64,000 bases of DNA from an uncultured Poribacteria bacterium (GCA_951813565.1 OX638351.1:4928001-4992000); one strand, 5' to 3'; shown: positions 1 through 8,782, counted from the first letter of the stretch. The notes: generated by a model not told the origin, from the letters alone. Program-made: numbers and translations.

Positions 1-2
1 AT

Positions 3-818
3 GAAGCGAAACTCAAAGAACTGATTCAGTTTCAGATTGAAGGCGGCACACACGGCATCGTCCCGTGTGGAACAACAGGTGAATCCCCCGCACTTTCAGA
101 AGCTGAACATGACAGAGTTATAGAAATCACCGTTGAAACGGTGGATGGTCGGCTACCTGTCATCGCAGGCACAGGTTCTAATTCAACAACACGCACGCTG
201 CGCGCGACAGAACACGCCAAAGCAGCTGGTGCGGATGCCGCACTTATAGTAACCCCTTATTACAATAAACCCACCCAAGAGGGATTATACGCGCACTATA
301 TGAAAATCGCTGACACAGTTGACATCCCGATTGTTGTCTACAATGTTCCCGGACGATGCGGCACGGACATCCTTTCACCAACCATTGCGCGTCTTGCTGA
401 GCATCCAAACATCGTTGCGCTCAAAGAGGCGACAGGTGAACTCAAACGCGCAAGTGAAGTCGTCAATCTATGTCCCGATGATTTCGTTGTCCTCTCAGGC
501 GATGATGTCAACACACTGCCGATTATGGCAGTAGGTGGAAAAGGAGTTATCTCGGTTGTTGCTAATGTGTCTCCCTGCGATGTCGCGGAGATGTGTAACG
601 CCTTTCATGCTGGAAATCTTGAACTTGCTCGTAAACTTCACTATAAAACCTTGCCATTAGCAGTTAATCTGTTTATTGAAACGAACCCTATTCCAGCAAA
701 AACAGCGTTGATGCTAATGGATAAACTGAACGGAAAAGTGCGTCTCCCGCTTGCACCAATGGTGCCTGCGAATCTCGAATCACTCCGCAATACACTTGTG
801 GAAACAGGATTGATTTAA
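3..818 (+). CDS. dapA: 4-hydroxy-tetrahydrodipicolinate synthase (5'-truncated by window edge)
   Basis: Frame is open from position 3 (..GIVPCGTTGES..). GTGSNST, PYYNKPTQEG, YNVPGR, ALKEA and ETNPIP motifs. Confidence 0.95.
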   Translation, partial: EAKLKELIQFQIEGGTHGIVPCGTTGESPALSEAEHDRVIEITVETVDGRLPVIAGTGSNSTTRTLRATEHAKAAGADAALIVTPYYNKPTQEGLYAHYMKIADTVDIPIVVYNVPGRCGTDILSPTIARLAEHPNIVALKEATGELKRASEVVNLCPDDFVVLSGDDVNTLPIMAVGGKGVISVVANVSPCDVAEMCNAFHAGNLELARKLHYKTLPLAVNLFIETNPIPAKTALMLMDKLNGKVRLPLAPMVPANLESLRNTLVETGLI

Positions 819-825
819 TTGTGCT

Positions 826-1212
826 ATGCTAAGTAAAAGCAGATTGTTTAATACCGATACAAACAGGACTCAAAGACATTTTTCGCAGTATTCCATCAAG
901 TGGTTTTCACTGTATGCAATCGGTTTCTCTACATTCATTTGGTCTATGGTCCTTGATTGGAGTCTGCTGGAATCGTGGATTCCATTATCCATATTTATTG
1001 TGGTGTTAGTTGCGAATGCAATACCTATCCTATTTTTGGTATCTTTCAGCCGAAAACGCAAAACTACCAATGGACTTTCCCGAATCTACCCCTATATCAA
1101 CGCATTATTATATGTTGGACTTGCAACTATTGCTGCATTAATCGGTTGGTTTGGAGGGACATTGATGGTGAAATTCATAGAATTAGGATCTACAGAGAAT
1201 TTTATATTCTAA
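826..1212 (+). CDS. Hypothetical membrane protein (about 3 TM helices)
   Basis: 128-aa ORF with three hydrophobic stretches, directly after dapA. Confidence 0.6.
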   Translation: MLSKSRLFNTDTNRTQRHFSQYSIKWFSLYAIGFSTFIWSMVLDWSLLESWIPLSIFIVVLVANAIPILFLVSFSRKRKTTNGLSRIYPYINALLYVGLATIAALIGWFGGTLMVKFIELGSTENFIF

Positions 1213-1299
1213 TGACAACCTCTATGTCTGAATTCTTTGAATTGGGTTTGGATAAGGAGTATATTTTTCTAAAATACCTATAATCTGAATATAAGAGAA

Positions 1300-2394
1300 A
1301 TGAACATGAAAAGAGCGATAAGATTTGTACTTATAGGTGTTGGGGGTGTAATAGTATTCGTAGGCATTGCTGCCGTATATATGTTTTGGCAGATGGGGCA
1401 ACCGCTCTATACGTTCGGTTCTGTCAATGCGGTTGAAAACTTGCGAGGTCCGTTAGACCCACCAGAACAGACAGATCCATCTGTGTGGCATGTGGAATCC
1501 GATATATCCCTTCACTTTGAAGTATCCGGCAAAGGCAGACCTGTCATCATTGTTCATGGCGGTCCAGGAATTCCTTATGCAAACGCATGGAAAGGGTTAA
1601 AATCGTTAGCGGAGCAATATGCATTCTATTATTTCCACCAACGCGGTGCAGGGAATTCAACCAGACCAATTGACCGCTTTGAATCAAAAAACTATCCGAA
1701 AAATATGACTCAGCTGGAACAAACGCTTGGCATTGGCGCACAGATTGCAGATATTGAGCGGATCCGCCGCATCCTCAAAGAGGAGAAATTACTGCTCATC
1801 GGGCATTCTTTTGGCGGTTTTATTGCTGCGCTTTACGCAGCGGAATTCCCAGAACAGGTTGAAAAACTGATACTTGTCACACCTGCAGGTATGCTTACGC
1901 CGCCACAGAAGGAGAATAATATCTTTGATGCTGTTAGAGAGAGAATCCCTGAAAAAGAACTACCTAAATATGATTCACTGGTAAAGGAATACTTTAATTT
2001 TGGCAATATCTTCTCAAAATCGGATGCCGATCTCGTTGATTTACATACGCAAGTAGGGCGTTATCTTTTGAAAGGGATGGGATACGACATCTCTCTTATG
2101 GATGCACCGCCTACGCCTGGTGGCTGGAGTTCATTCGCTGTTTACTTCAGTACCGGTAAATCACCAGATTTCCGCGATGCAGTCGGACACATCACAGCAC
2201 CTACGCTAATCCTGCATGGAAAGGATGACGATATTTCGCTGAATGGTAGCAAGGAATACGAGGAATTTATTCCGAATGCGAAGTTTGTATCTATCGGTTG
2301 TACGGACACATCTACCATTTCGGGACATTTTATCTATGACGATTGTCCTGAGCAGTTTGGCGCAGCCGTCAGGAATTTCTTGACTGACGAATAA
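1300..2394 (+). CDS. Alpha/beta hydrolase (proline iminopeptidase-like) with N-terminal TM anchor
   Basis: HGGPG oxyanion motif, GHSFGG nucleophile elbow, LILHGKDD, late GH. Confidence 0.9.
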   Translation: MNMKRAIRFVLIGVGGVIVFVGIAAVYMFWQMGQPLYTFGSVNAVENLRGPLDPPEQTDPSVWHVESDISLHFEVSGKGRPVIIVHGGPGIPYANAWKGLKSLAEQYAFYYFHQRGAGNSTRPIDRFESKNYPKNMTQLEQTLGIGAQIADIERIRRILKEEKLLLIGHSFGGFIAALYAAEFPEQVEKLILVTPAGMLTPPQKENNIFDAVRERIPEKELPKYDSLVKEYFNFGNIFSKSDADLVDLHTQVGRYLLKGMGYDISLMDAPPTPGGWSSFAVYFSTGKSPDFRDAVGHITAPTLILHGKDDDISLNGSKEYEEFIPNAKFVSIGCTDTSTISGHFIYDDCPEQFGAAVRNFLTDE

Positions 2395-3289
2395 ACGCAT
2401 CAATCTTTGATGAGTGCGTCTCAAAATCTCTTTCCGCTAACGATTTCAGATTTTCTGACTGCACAACAGTATCTATATCCCAAAAATCTATTGTCGGATC
2501 AATCCGTAAATAATTATCCTTCAGTAGAAGTTTCATCATATTTGCGGATGCCTGAGATTGCAATGTCATTACGTAAGAAACTAACTTGATACCGCCCCAC
2601 CCCGATAGAAAACCCCAACCTCGTCTTTTACGATACATGGACACCGAATGTCCTGTGCCAATGGACACTATTTTAACTTGTGATGCCTCTTTTCCGAAAT
2701 TTGTGAGTGCTTCCGTATAGGCAGCAACAGAAGGGTTGTTTGCCCATAAACCGCCATCTGCTAACAGATGTTTTTTTACCTGTTTAGGTGCGAAAAATGT
2801 CGGCGCAGCACAAGACGCAACAATCGCATCTCTTAGGCAAACGTCTCCATCTGAATAATCAGATTCTCCAAGTTTTTCGGCATAATTTGATCTAAAAATG
2901 TGCAGCTCACTCTTTGTAATCTCCGAAGTTGTTATCATCAAGGGTTTTGATATTTCTGATAAGGGTTTTGCAGGTATATGTTTAGCAATAATCTGCGCGA
3001 GGTTTTCATTTGAATACTTACTAAAAAACAACGGATTCCGATACCACCTTTCTCGGAATATATCGGGTGCTTCAATCTCAAAGAGTTCTACTATCTCATC
3101 CATTGGAATATCGGACACAACAGCACCGGCGATAATCGCGCCTGTGCTTGTCCCAACGATAAGATCAAAACAGTCTTTGATACGCACATCAAGCAGCTGC
3201 TCTACTTTGTTTAGGAGTTGGGCGGAGTAGATGCCGCGGGTGCCGCCGCCATCTAAAGCAAGGATATGAAAAGTGTCCGCGTTATTCAT
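2369..3289 (-). CDS. Patatin-like phospholipase (CapV-like)
   Basis: LALDGGGTRG, GTSTG and DGGLWANNPS motifs. Confidence 0.9.
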   Translation of the reverse strand: MNNADTFHILALDGGGTRGIYSAQLLNKVEQLLDVRIKDCFDLIVGTSTGAIIAGAVVSDIPMDEIVELFEIEAPDIFRERWYRNPLFFSKYSNENLAQIIAKHIPAKPLSEISKPLMITTSEITKSELHIFRSNYAEKLGESDYSDGDVCLRDAIVASCAAPTFFAPKQVKKHLLADGGLWANNPSVAAYTEALTNFGKEASQVKIVSIGTGHSVSMYRKRRGWGFLSGWGGIKLVSYVMTLQSQASANMMKLLLKDNYLRIDPTIDFWDIDTVVQSENLKSLAERDFETHSSKIDAFIRQSRNS

Positions 3290-3468
3290 TGAGTGCCTCT
3301 CTTAGTCTTTTGTCATAATCAAGTTACCACATCTGTTTGCCAAAATCAACTGATTTTCGGTTTGACTTGAATTAACTATATATGGTAAAATCGCTTATGT
3401 ATTAAGGGAGTGGGCAGTAACACCACATTAACTTGATTCATATTTATGGAGCAGTTAGGAAAACGCAC

Positions 3469-3797
3469 CTTATGCGTCAATTTAAGGATATACCCTCTTG
3501 TGGGAGCGAATCAACGCAGCATGCGCGTTTGGCATGCTGCCAAATCAACGCCAAATGCGCTTTTTGGCATTTGTCCAAATCAACGCAGCATGCGCGTTTG
3601 GCATGCTGCGGGTTTTCAACCCCGATTTTCTTCTGTAGGAGCGACCTCCCGGTCGCGAGCTGGAGCTCGCTCCTACAGAATGTCCGAGGCGACAAGTCAT
3701 GGCGAATACCACGCGTATTCGCCCAAGTGCGCTTGGCGTTGATTTGGCAATGAATTGCACGACTACAAACGCTTTTTTTCTTAAATTGACAGTTATG
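3469..3797. mobile_element. CATAGG-type MITE inserted in a REP hairpin (degenerate copy)
   Basis: Ends CTTATGCGTCAATTTAAG / CTTAAATTGACAGTTATG; 20-bp flanking repeats at 3449-3468 and 3798-3817 (2 mismatches). Confidence 0.7.
3507..3609 (+). repeat. Three tandem 34-35-nt AATCAAC-hairpin units
   Basis: Units at 3507-3540, 3541-3575 and 3576-3609 split the REP GTGGGAG|GGGTTTTCAACCCCGA. Confidence 0.85.
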
Positions 3798-3917
3798 GAG
3801 CGGTTAGGAAACCGCACCTACCGTCCGGAAAATGCGATAAATCCCGTTAATTTGGTATAAGTAGCACATTTATTGACTCAAGATATTCTACAGAGAACCC
3901 TGTGAAGGCGGTGAAAT

Positions 3918-5063
3918 ATGAAAGAGAAACCAAAAGAAAAGCTCAATCAGACACTAGAACCTCCTGTAGATGAGGAGACAAACGGTTCAGATAAAAACCC
4001 AGAAACTGAACCTCCTATTGACACCTCAATTCAACACCAATTCAATGAACTAAAGCGCGATTATCTGAACGACCGTTCCAATTCAATTAATCGGTTGTTA
4101 GTCTTTATCTGCATAGTGCTTGTCTTTTTTACGATTGCAATTCCGATTGTAACAGGTATTGCCGCGTATTTAGTCTATGAAAAGTTTGAGAGCATACAAT
4201 CTCAAATGCTAATACATGTGAATGAAGCGAGCAAACAGGCTACCGAGGCAGAAAAACATGCTAACCAAGCTGCGCAATATCTAAAGGAAATAAAGGAGCA
4301 CCAAACCGAACTGAAAGTTATTATATCCAAGTTAACGAGTAAAGATTTCAGCAATCCGAATAAGGTTGAAATTTTCAAGACAACTATTGAAGGTATTCAA
4401 AAAAATCCTGACCTATCCCTTGAAGACAAGGCTATCATTGAGGCTTACAGACTGCAGAATGCTGGCGAAATTCCAGAAGCAATTGAGAAATGGAGATCTA
4501 TCGCTAATACTGCTAAAGGTTTCAATGACGATCTTGTCGCCCGTGCATTCTTCTCAATTGGCTACCTCCATTCTGAGCAAAATGAAAATGATCAGGCACT
4601 TTCTGCTTTCGACCAAGCAATTGAACTGATGCCAGATTTTGCTGATGCGTACACCGGTCGCGGTATTGTAAAAAGTGCACTTGGAAACGCTGAGGAAGCT
4701 ATTGCTGATCACGACGAAGCGATACGTTTGAAACCCGATTTTGCTGAGGCGTACATCAATCGCGGCACAGCGAAGCGCGCACTCAAAAAATATGAGGAAG
4801 CGATCGCTGACTTTGACGAAGCGATCCATCTTAATCCGAATTCTGCTTCTGCCTACACGCATCGTGGCGTGTCAAAGAATGCACTCGGTAAATCTCAGGA
4901 GGCGATTGCTGACCATGACGAGGCTATCCGTCTCAATCCGAATTTCGTTGAGGCATATATCAATCGCGGTGCAGCAAAGCGAGAATTGGGGCAGATGAGC
5001 GAAGCAGAGAAGGATATGCAAAAGGCATTGCAACTCGCGCAGGAGCAGGAGGAGAAGCCTTAA
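3918..5063 (+). CDS. Membrane-anchored TPR protein
   Basis: TM segment, coiled coil, then about 5 TPRs (EAIRLKPDFAEAYINRG). Confidence 0.9.
   Translation: MKEKPKEKLNQTLEPPVDEETNGSDKNPETEPPIDTSIQHQFNELKRDYLNDRSNSINRLLVFICIVLVFFTIAIPIVTGIAAYLVYEKFESIQSQMLIHVNEASKQATEAEKHANQAAQYLKEIKEHQTELKVIISKLTSKDFSNPNKVEIFKTTIEGIQKNPDLSLEDKAIIEAYRLQNAGEIPEAIEKWRSIANTAKGFNDDLVARAFFSIGYLHSEQNENDQALSAFDQAIELMPDFADAYTGRGIVKSALGNAEEAIADHDEAIRLKPDFAEAYINRGTAKRALKKYEEAIADFDEAIHLNPNSASAYTHRGVSKNALGKSQEAIADHDEAIRLNPNFVEAYINRGAAKRELGQMSEAEKDMQKALQLAQEQEEKP
4956..5060 (+). repeat. 105-bp direct repeat, copy 1 (3' end of the TPR gene)
   Basis: Matches 6728-6832 except one C/T difference (5036 vs 6808). Confidence 0.95.
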
Positions 5064-5092
5064 CATAATCTGCAGATTGAAATCTCTTTTTC

Positions 5093-5121
5093 TTGAAATC
5101 TTTCACAAATTGATGTATAAT
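5093..5121 (+). promoter_or_regulatory. Sigma70-type promoter for the higB cassette
   Basis: TTGAAA-17 bp-TATAAT. Confidence 0.6.
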
Positions 5122-5207
5122 TTTCGCGGTAATTAACACGATGGTAAGTGGAGGTTTATTTTTGCGTGTGATAACGTTCTTCCTATCAGAACATCTAAGT
5201 TCGCTTG

Positions 5208-5228
5208 TGTTATCAGCATTTGATAACA
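5208..5228. promoter_or_regulatory. Operator-like palindrome upstream of higB
   Basis: TGTTATCA-N5-TGATAACA perfect inverted repeat. Confidence 0.5.
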
Positions 5229-5270
5229 ATCGTTTACACTCGCAATTCGCATTTTTGAGATAGGTTGACA

Positions 5271-5612
5271 ATGCAGATTATTTTTGAACATAAACTTACT
5301 GAATTTGCAGAACGACATTCAACCTCCAGACCGGGACTTCTCCGTTGGATCAACTTGATACAACAAAAAAATTTCAGTTCGGTAACTGCATTGCGGGAAA
5401 CTTTTCCTCACGCGGACCTCGTAAAAAAAGAAACACATGTTCAACTAAGACATCAGGTTCCTTACAGCAACCGAGAAACAACGTTTACAGTTTTCAACAT
5501 TGGCGGTAACAAAGCGCGACTTATTACAATTATGCGATATAAGTCTCGGCAAGTTGTCATTCATGAAGTGCTGACACACGCCGAGTACGATGCATGGAAC
5601 AAGAAGAGGTAA
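5271..5612 (+). CDS. higB: HigB-family type II toxin (RelE fold)
   Basis: LRETFPHADLV...TVFNIGGNKARLI...LTHAEYDAW; an insertion of about 17 aa follows ADLV. Confidence 0.9.
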   Translation: MQIIFEHKLTEFAERHSTSRPGLLRWINLIQQKNFSSVTALRETFPHADLVKKETHVQLRHQVPYSNRETTFTVFNIGGNKARLITIMRYKSRQVVIHEVLTHAEYDAWNKKR

Positions 5613-5618
5613 CGAACA

Positions 5619-6710
5619 ATGTCAACTGGAATGCCAATTCCGAAAGATATATTGTCAACATTTACGCCTTTTGGACCATCAGTTTTAGATGCAGACGTCT
5701 TGTCAGATCAGGTGTTACATGCGTCAATACAACCTATTACCAAGAAATTTGTGCATGTTACGCCTTATCCGGAAAGTGCTGTTAAGTGGCTCATAAGTTT
5801 ATTAGACCTATTCGCTGGTATCGTGAATCGGAACGAAGACCTTAGTCGTATTGTAATAACGGAAACCGAGTACCAACAACTTTCAGAATTCTTAGACGAT
5901 TTAATCTATAGTGCCGGTGAAGACGAAAATCACCCCTTGTCGGCAACAATGACAATGGTCGGTATCCTTATTAAGATGTATGAGGATCAACATTTTCCAA
6001 AGTTAGATACACTCTTTCCTGAACTTGCAGAAGGTGCATCCGATGAAGCTGTTAGCAACAATAGGGATGCGACTACTACCATATCAGGACAGATTGACAC
6101 AGATTTTGTCATTGTACTCTTTTCGATTGGTTGTCTTCTTTGGACGGGCGGCAAGTTCAAAAAAGCTATTTCTGCCTATGACTTGGCAATTAGTATAAAT
6201 CCTGATTATGCCAGTATCCACACAAGTCGGGGTGAAGCAAAGTCCAGTCTAAATAACTTTACGGGCGCAAAGGAAGACCTCCAGAGTGCATTGAAACTCA
6301 CGGAAAAACAAGGAGAAGATAACTTCAGCACTGCCATTAAGGAACGACTTGAGGAACTTGATGTGGTAGAGGCTGCTGTTGCCTATCTTTCAGCATCCAA
6401 ATTCTCGAAATTTTCCATTCTTAGAGAGTGTAAAATCCAGATGGGAACAATCCATAGCAGAGCCGATATTGTGCTTTGCGATGCAGAAGGAAATTTTATA
6501 GCTATCGTAGAGTGCAAATTGCTTGCAGGTTCCGGACATGGTGAATATAATCACGAGCCACTAAAGAGTTATCTCTGTGCAACCGACACGCTATTCGGTA
6601 TATTTGCTTCTAACATAAATCCAGATTCATGGATTTTCTATGAAAATTTGCGTCACAATCGATTTCGGCAAATTAAGCGTTCTGATTTTGAGAAGCGGGT
6701 TCTTAAGTAA
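5619..6710 (+). CDS. HigA-like N-terminal domain fused to TPR and an HsdR N-terminal-like PD-(D/E)xK domain
   Basis: ITETEYQQLSEFLDDLI..ENHPL..LIKMYEDQHFP (HigA-like); AISINPDYASIHTSRG (TPR); RADIVL..IAIVECK..LKSYL (nuclease-like). Confidence 0.75.
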   Translation: MSTGMPIPKDILSTFTPFGPSVLDADVLSDQVLHASIQPITKKFVHVTPYPESAVKWLISLLDLFAGIVNRNEDLSRIVITETEYQQLSEFLDDLIYSAGEDENHPLSATMTMVGILIKMYEDQHFPKLDTLFPELAEGASDEAVSNNRDATTTISGQIDTDFVIVLFSIGCLLWTGGKFKKAISAYDLAISINPDYASIHTSRGEAKSSLNNFTGAKEDLQSALKLTEKQGEDNFSTAIKERLEELDVVEAAVAYLSASKFSKFSILRECKIQMGTIHSRADIVLCDAEGNFIAIVECKLLAGSGHGEYNHEPLKSYLCATDTLFGIFASNINPDSWIFYENLRHNRFRQIKRSDFEKRVLK

Positions 6711-6727
6711 GCGAATAATCTGATGCT

Positions 6728-6832
6728 TATATCAATCGCGGTGCAGCAAAGCGAGAATTGGGGCAGATGAGCGAAGCAGAGAAGGATATGCAAAAGGCAT
6801 TGCAACTTGCGCAGGAGCAGGAGGAGAAGCCT
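6728..6832 (+). repeat. 105-bp direct repeat, copy 2 (stranded TPR gene 3' end, continuing KVDGE*)
   Basis: Matches 4956-5060. Confidence 0.95.
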
Positions 6833-6898
6833 AAGGTTGATGGTGAGTAAAGGTTTTGATGGGAAGGTTATCCCTGTGCAGTGAAAAGGGGGTAAAAA

Positions 6899-8268
6899 AT
6901 GGATAAAAAACAATCGACTGAACTTGAACAACAAGAAATGATGTCGGAACATTCAGTGGAATCTGAGCAATCAGAAGATGCTTCTGATAACACGACTGGT
7001 GAAAATGTTTCCACTGATAAACGCAAAATTCTTGAACGTATTTGGACATTTAGTCTTCAGCATAAACTTTTTGCCGCTGTAACGTGTGTAGGTGTGCTTC
7101 TTGGTGGTATCGGTACATTTCTTCTCGGTATTGATGCAATTCGCCCTGATAGCTCAAATTTGAGTTTAAAGGGTGAAGAAATAGTAAAGTTCATTCAAGC
7201 TGTAAAATCCGATGAAATGGCACAAGTTGAAGAATCTCTGCAGAAGGTTGAGGAAAATAAAAGGCTTCTATTTTGGACAAGGCGGTGGTAGAAGCCTACA
7301 GATTGAAACAGGATGGGAAAATTGATGATTCCATCGAAAAATGGCGTTCTATTGCAAACATAGCTGAAGGAAATAATAACGATCTTGCCTCTGGTGCGTG
7401 GTTCTCGATTGGTTATCTCCATTCGCAGGAAGGTGAACGAAAAGAGGCTATTTCTGCATACAACGAAGCGATACGGCTAAAACCAGATTTTGCAAAAGCA
7501 TTTACTAATCGGGGTGCTGTAAAGCAAGAACTTGGTAGATATGAAGAGGCGATTGTTGACTATAATGAAGCAATACGGCTAAAACCAGATTATGCAAGAG
7601 CATACTACAATCGGGGTGTTTTTAAGTATGAACTTGGTAGATATGAAGAGGCGATTGTTGACTTCAATGAAGCAATACGGCTAAAACCTGATGATGCAGA
7701 AGCATACTACAATCGAGGTTTTGTTAAGTATAAACTTGGTAGATATGAAGAGGCGATTGTTGACTATAATGAAGCAATACGGCTAAAACCAGATTTGGCA
7801 AAAGCATATTACGATCGGGGTATTGTTAAGAAAGTACTTGGTAGATATGAAGAGGCGATTGTTGACTATAATGAAGCAATACGGCTAAAACCAGATGATG
7901 CAGAAGCATACTACAATCGAGGTTTTGTTAAGTATGCACTTGGTAAATCTGAAGAGGCGATTGTTGACTATAATGAAGCAATACGGCTAAAACCTGATTG
8001 GGCAGAAGCCTATATTATTCGCGGTAATGTAAAGGGTGAACTTGGTAGATATGAAGAGGCGATAGTTGACTGCAATGAAGCAATACGGCTAAAACCAGAT
8101 TTGGCAGAAACCTATATTATTCGCGGTGCTGCGAAAAGGATACTTGGCAATCATGAGGAAGCTAAAAGGGATTTCCAGTTCGCTTTGAAACTTGCTGAAC
8201 AGCAAGGAAACGATAACCTAAAAACTATTACAGAGAAGATGATTCAAGAACTTAAAGACAAAGAATAG
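6899..8268 (+). pseudogene. Membrane-anchored TPR protein split by a 1-nt frameshift near 7259-7263
   Basis: ORFs 6899-7291 and 7273-8268 join to give EENKKASILDKAVVEAYRL, matching the paralog's QKNPDLSLEDKAIIEAYRL, if one base is added in AATAAAAGG. Confidence 0.75.
7460..8170 (+). repeat. Seven tandem 102-bp TPR-coding repeats
   Basis: GAAGC(A/G)ATACGGCTAAAACC(A/T)GAT recurs every 102 bp; 7x EAIRLKPD. Confidence 0.95.
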
Positions 8269-8321
8269 CAATTTAGACAACCCATTGATTCAGCACTTGG
8301 AAAGTTAGGCTTCTTATCAAA

Positions 8322-8717
8322 TCATAACGGCAGCGCAAAACACAAAACATAACCATCATGATCCTTCAGTTCAAAAGCACGTAAACCGTCATCAGTATCT
8401 TCAAGCGGTTCGTGGAATTCTAATCCATTTGACTGATACTCAGCAAAAAGCGCATCCGGATCAGAAGTCAGAATAAAGGCATCCCAGCGTGCCCACGCAT
8501 GCCGAGTATGGTTTGGGACTGGGTGGATATATTCAGTAATCTGTTTGAGCAGTATCCGCACATTATCACGACACACGATACCAAAAAACGGATCGTCTTC
8601 AGGGACAAGTAAATCTGTTTTAAAACCGAGTTTTTGATTGTAGAATTCTATTGATTCAGCAAGGTTATCAACAATAAAAAAGGGATAGATTCTCTCAAGT
8701 GTTACATCTTTTTGCAT
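8322..8717 (-). CDS. VOC/glyoxalase (bleomycin-resistance-like) protein
   Basis: SIEFYNQKLGF...LRAFELKDHDGYVLCF. Confidence 0.85.
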   Translation of the reverse strand: MQKDVTLERIYPFFIVDNLAESIEFYNQKLGFKTDLLVPEDDPFFGIVCRDNVRILLKQITEYIHPVPNHTRHAWARWDAFILTSDPDALFAEYQSNGLEFHEPLEDTDDGLRAFELKDHDGYVLCFALPL

Positions 8718-8782
8718 AGGAATTCTCCTTTATTTACATTTGCAATGTTTATAGTCGCGCAATTACTGTACCTTATAGATCT

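Larger units (their letters stand above)
3421..3857. mobile_element. Composite MITE with imperfect TIRs and TAA flanks, containing a nested MITE, REPs and 34-nt units
   Basis: Left end CACCACATTAACTTGATTCAT; right end reverse complement TACCAAATTAACGGGATTTAT; TAA at 3418-3420 and 3858-3860. Near-identical copy starts at 63731. Confidence 0.7.

Noticed and set aside
2369..3289. Complete CBASS system
   Set aside because: No CD-NTase or ancillary cap genes nearby.
3507..3609. CRISPR interpretation of the tandem 34-nt units
   Set aside because: Units abut with no unique spacers and also occur singly inside REPs.
3433..3817. Short ORFs at 3433-3817, 16919-17128 and 18305-18723
   Set aside because: They are translations of the palindromic REP/MITE composites and are open on both strands.
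4956..8268. Diversity-generating retroelement (TR/VR pair, variable TPR codons)
   Set aside because: The 105-bp repeats differ by a single C/T, not at adenines, and there is no reverse transcriptase in the window.
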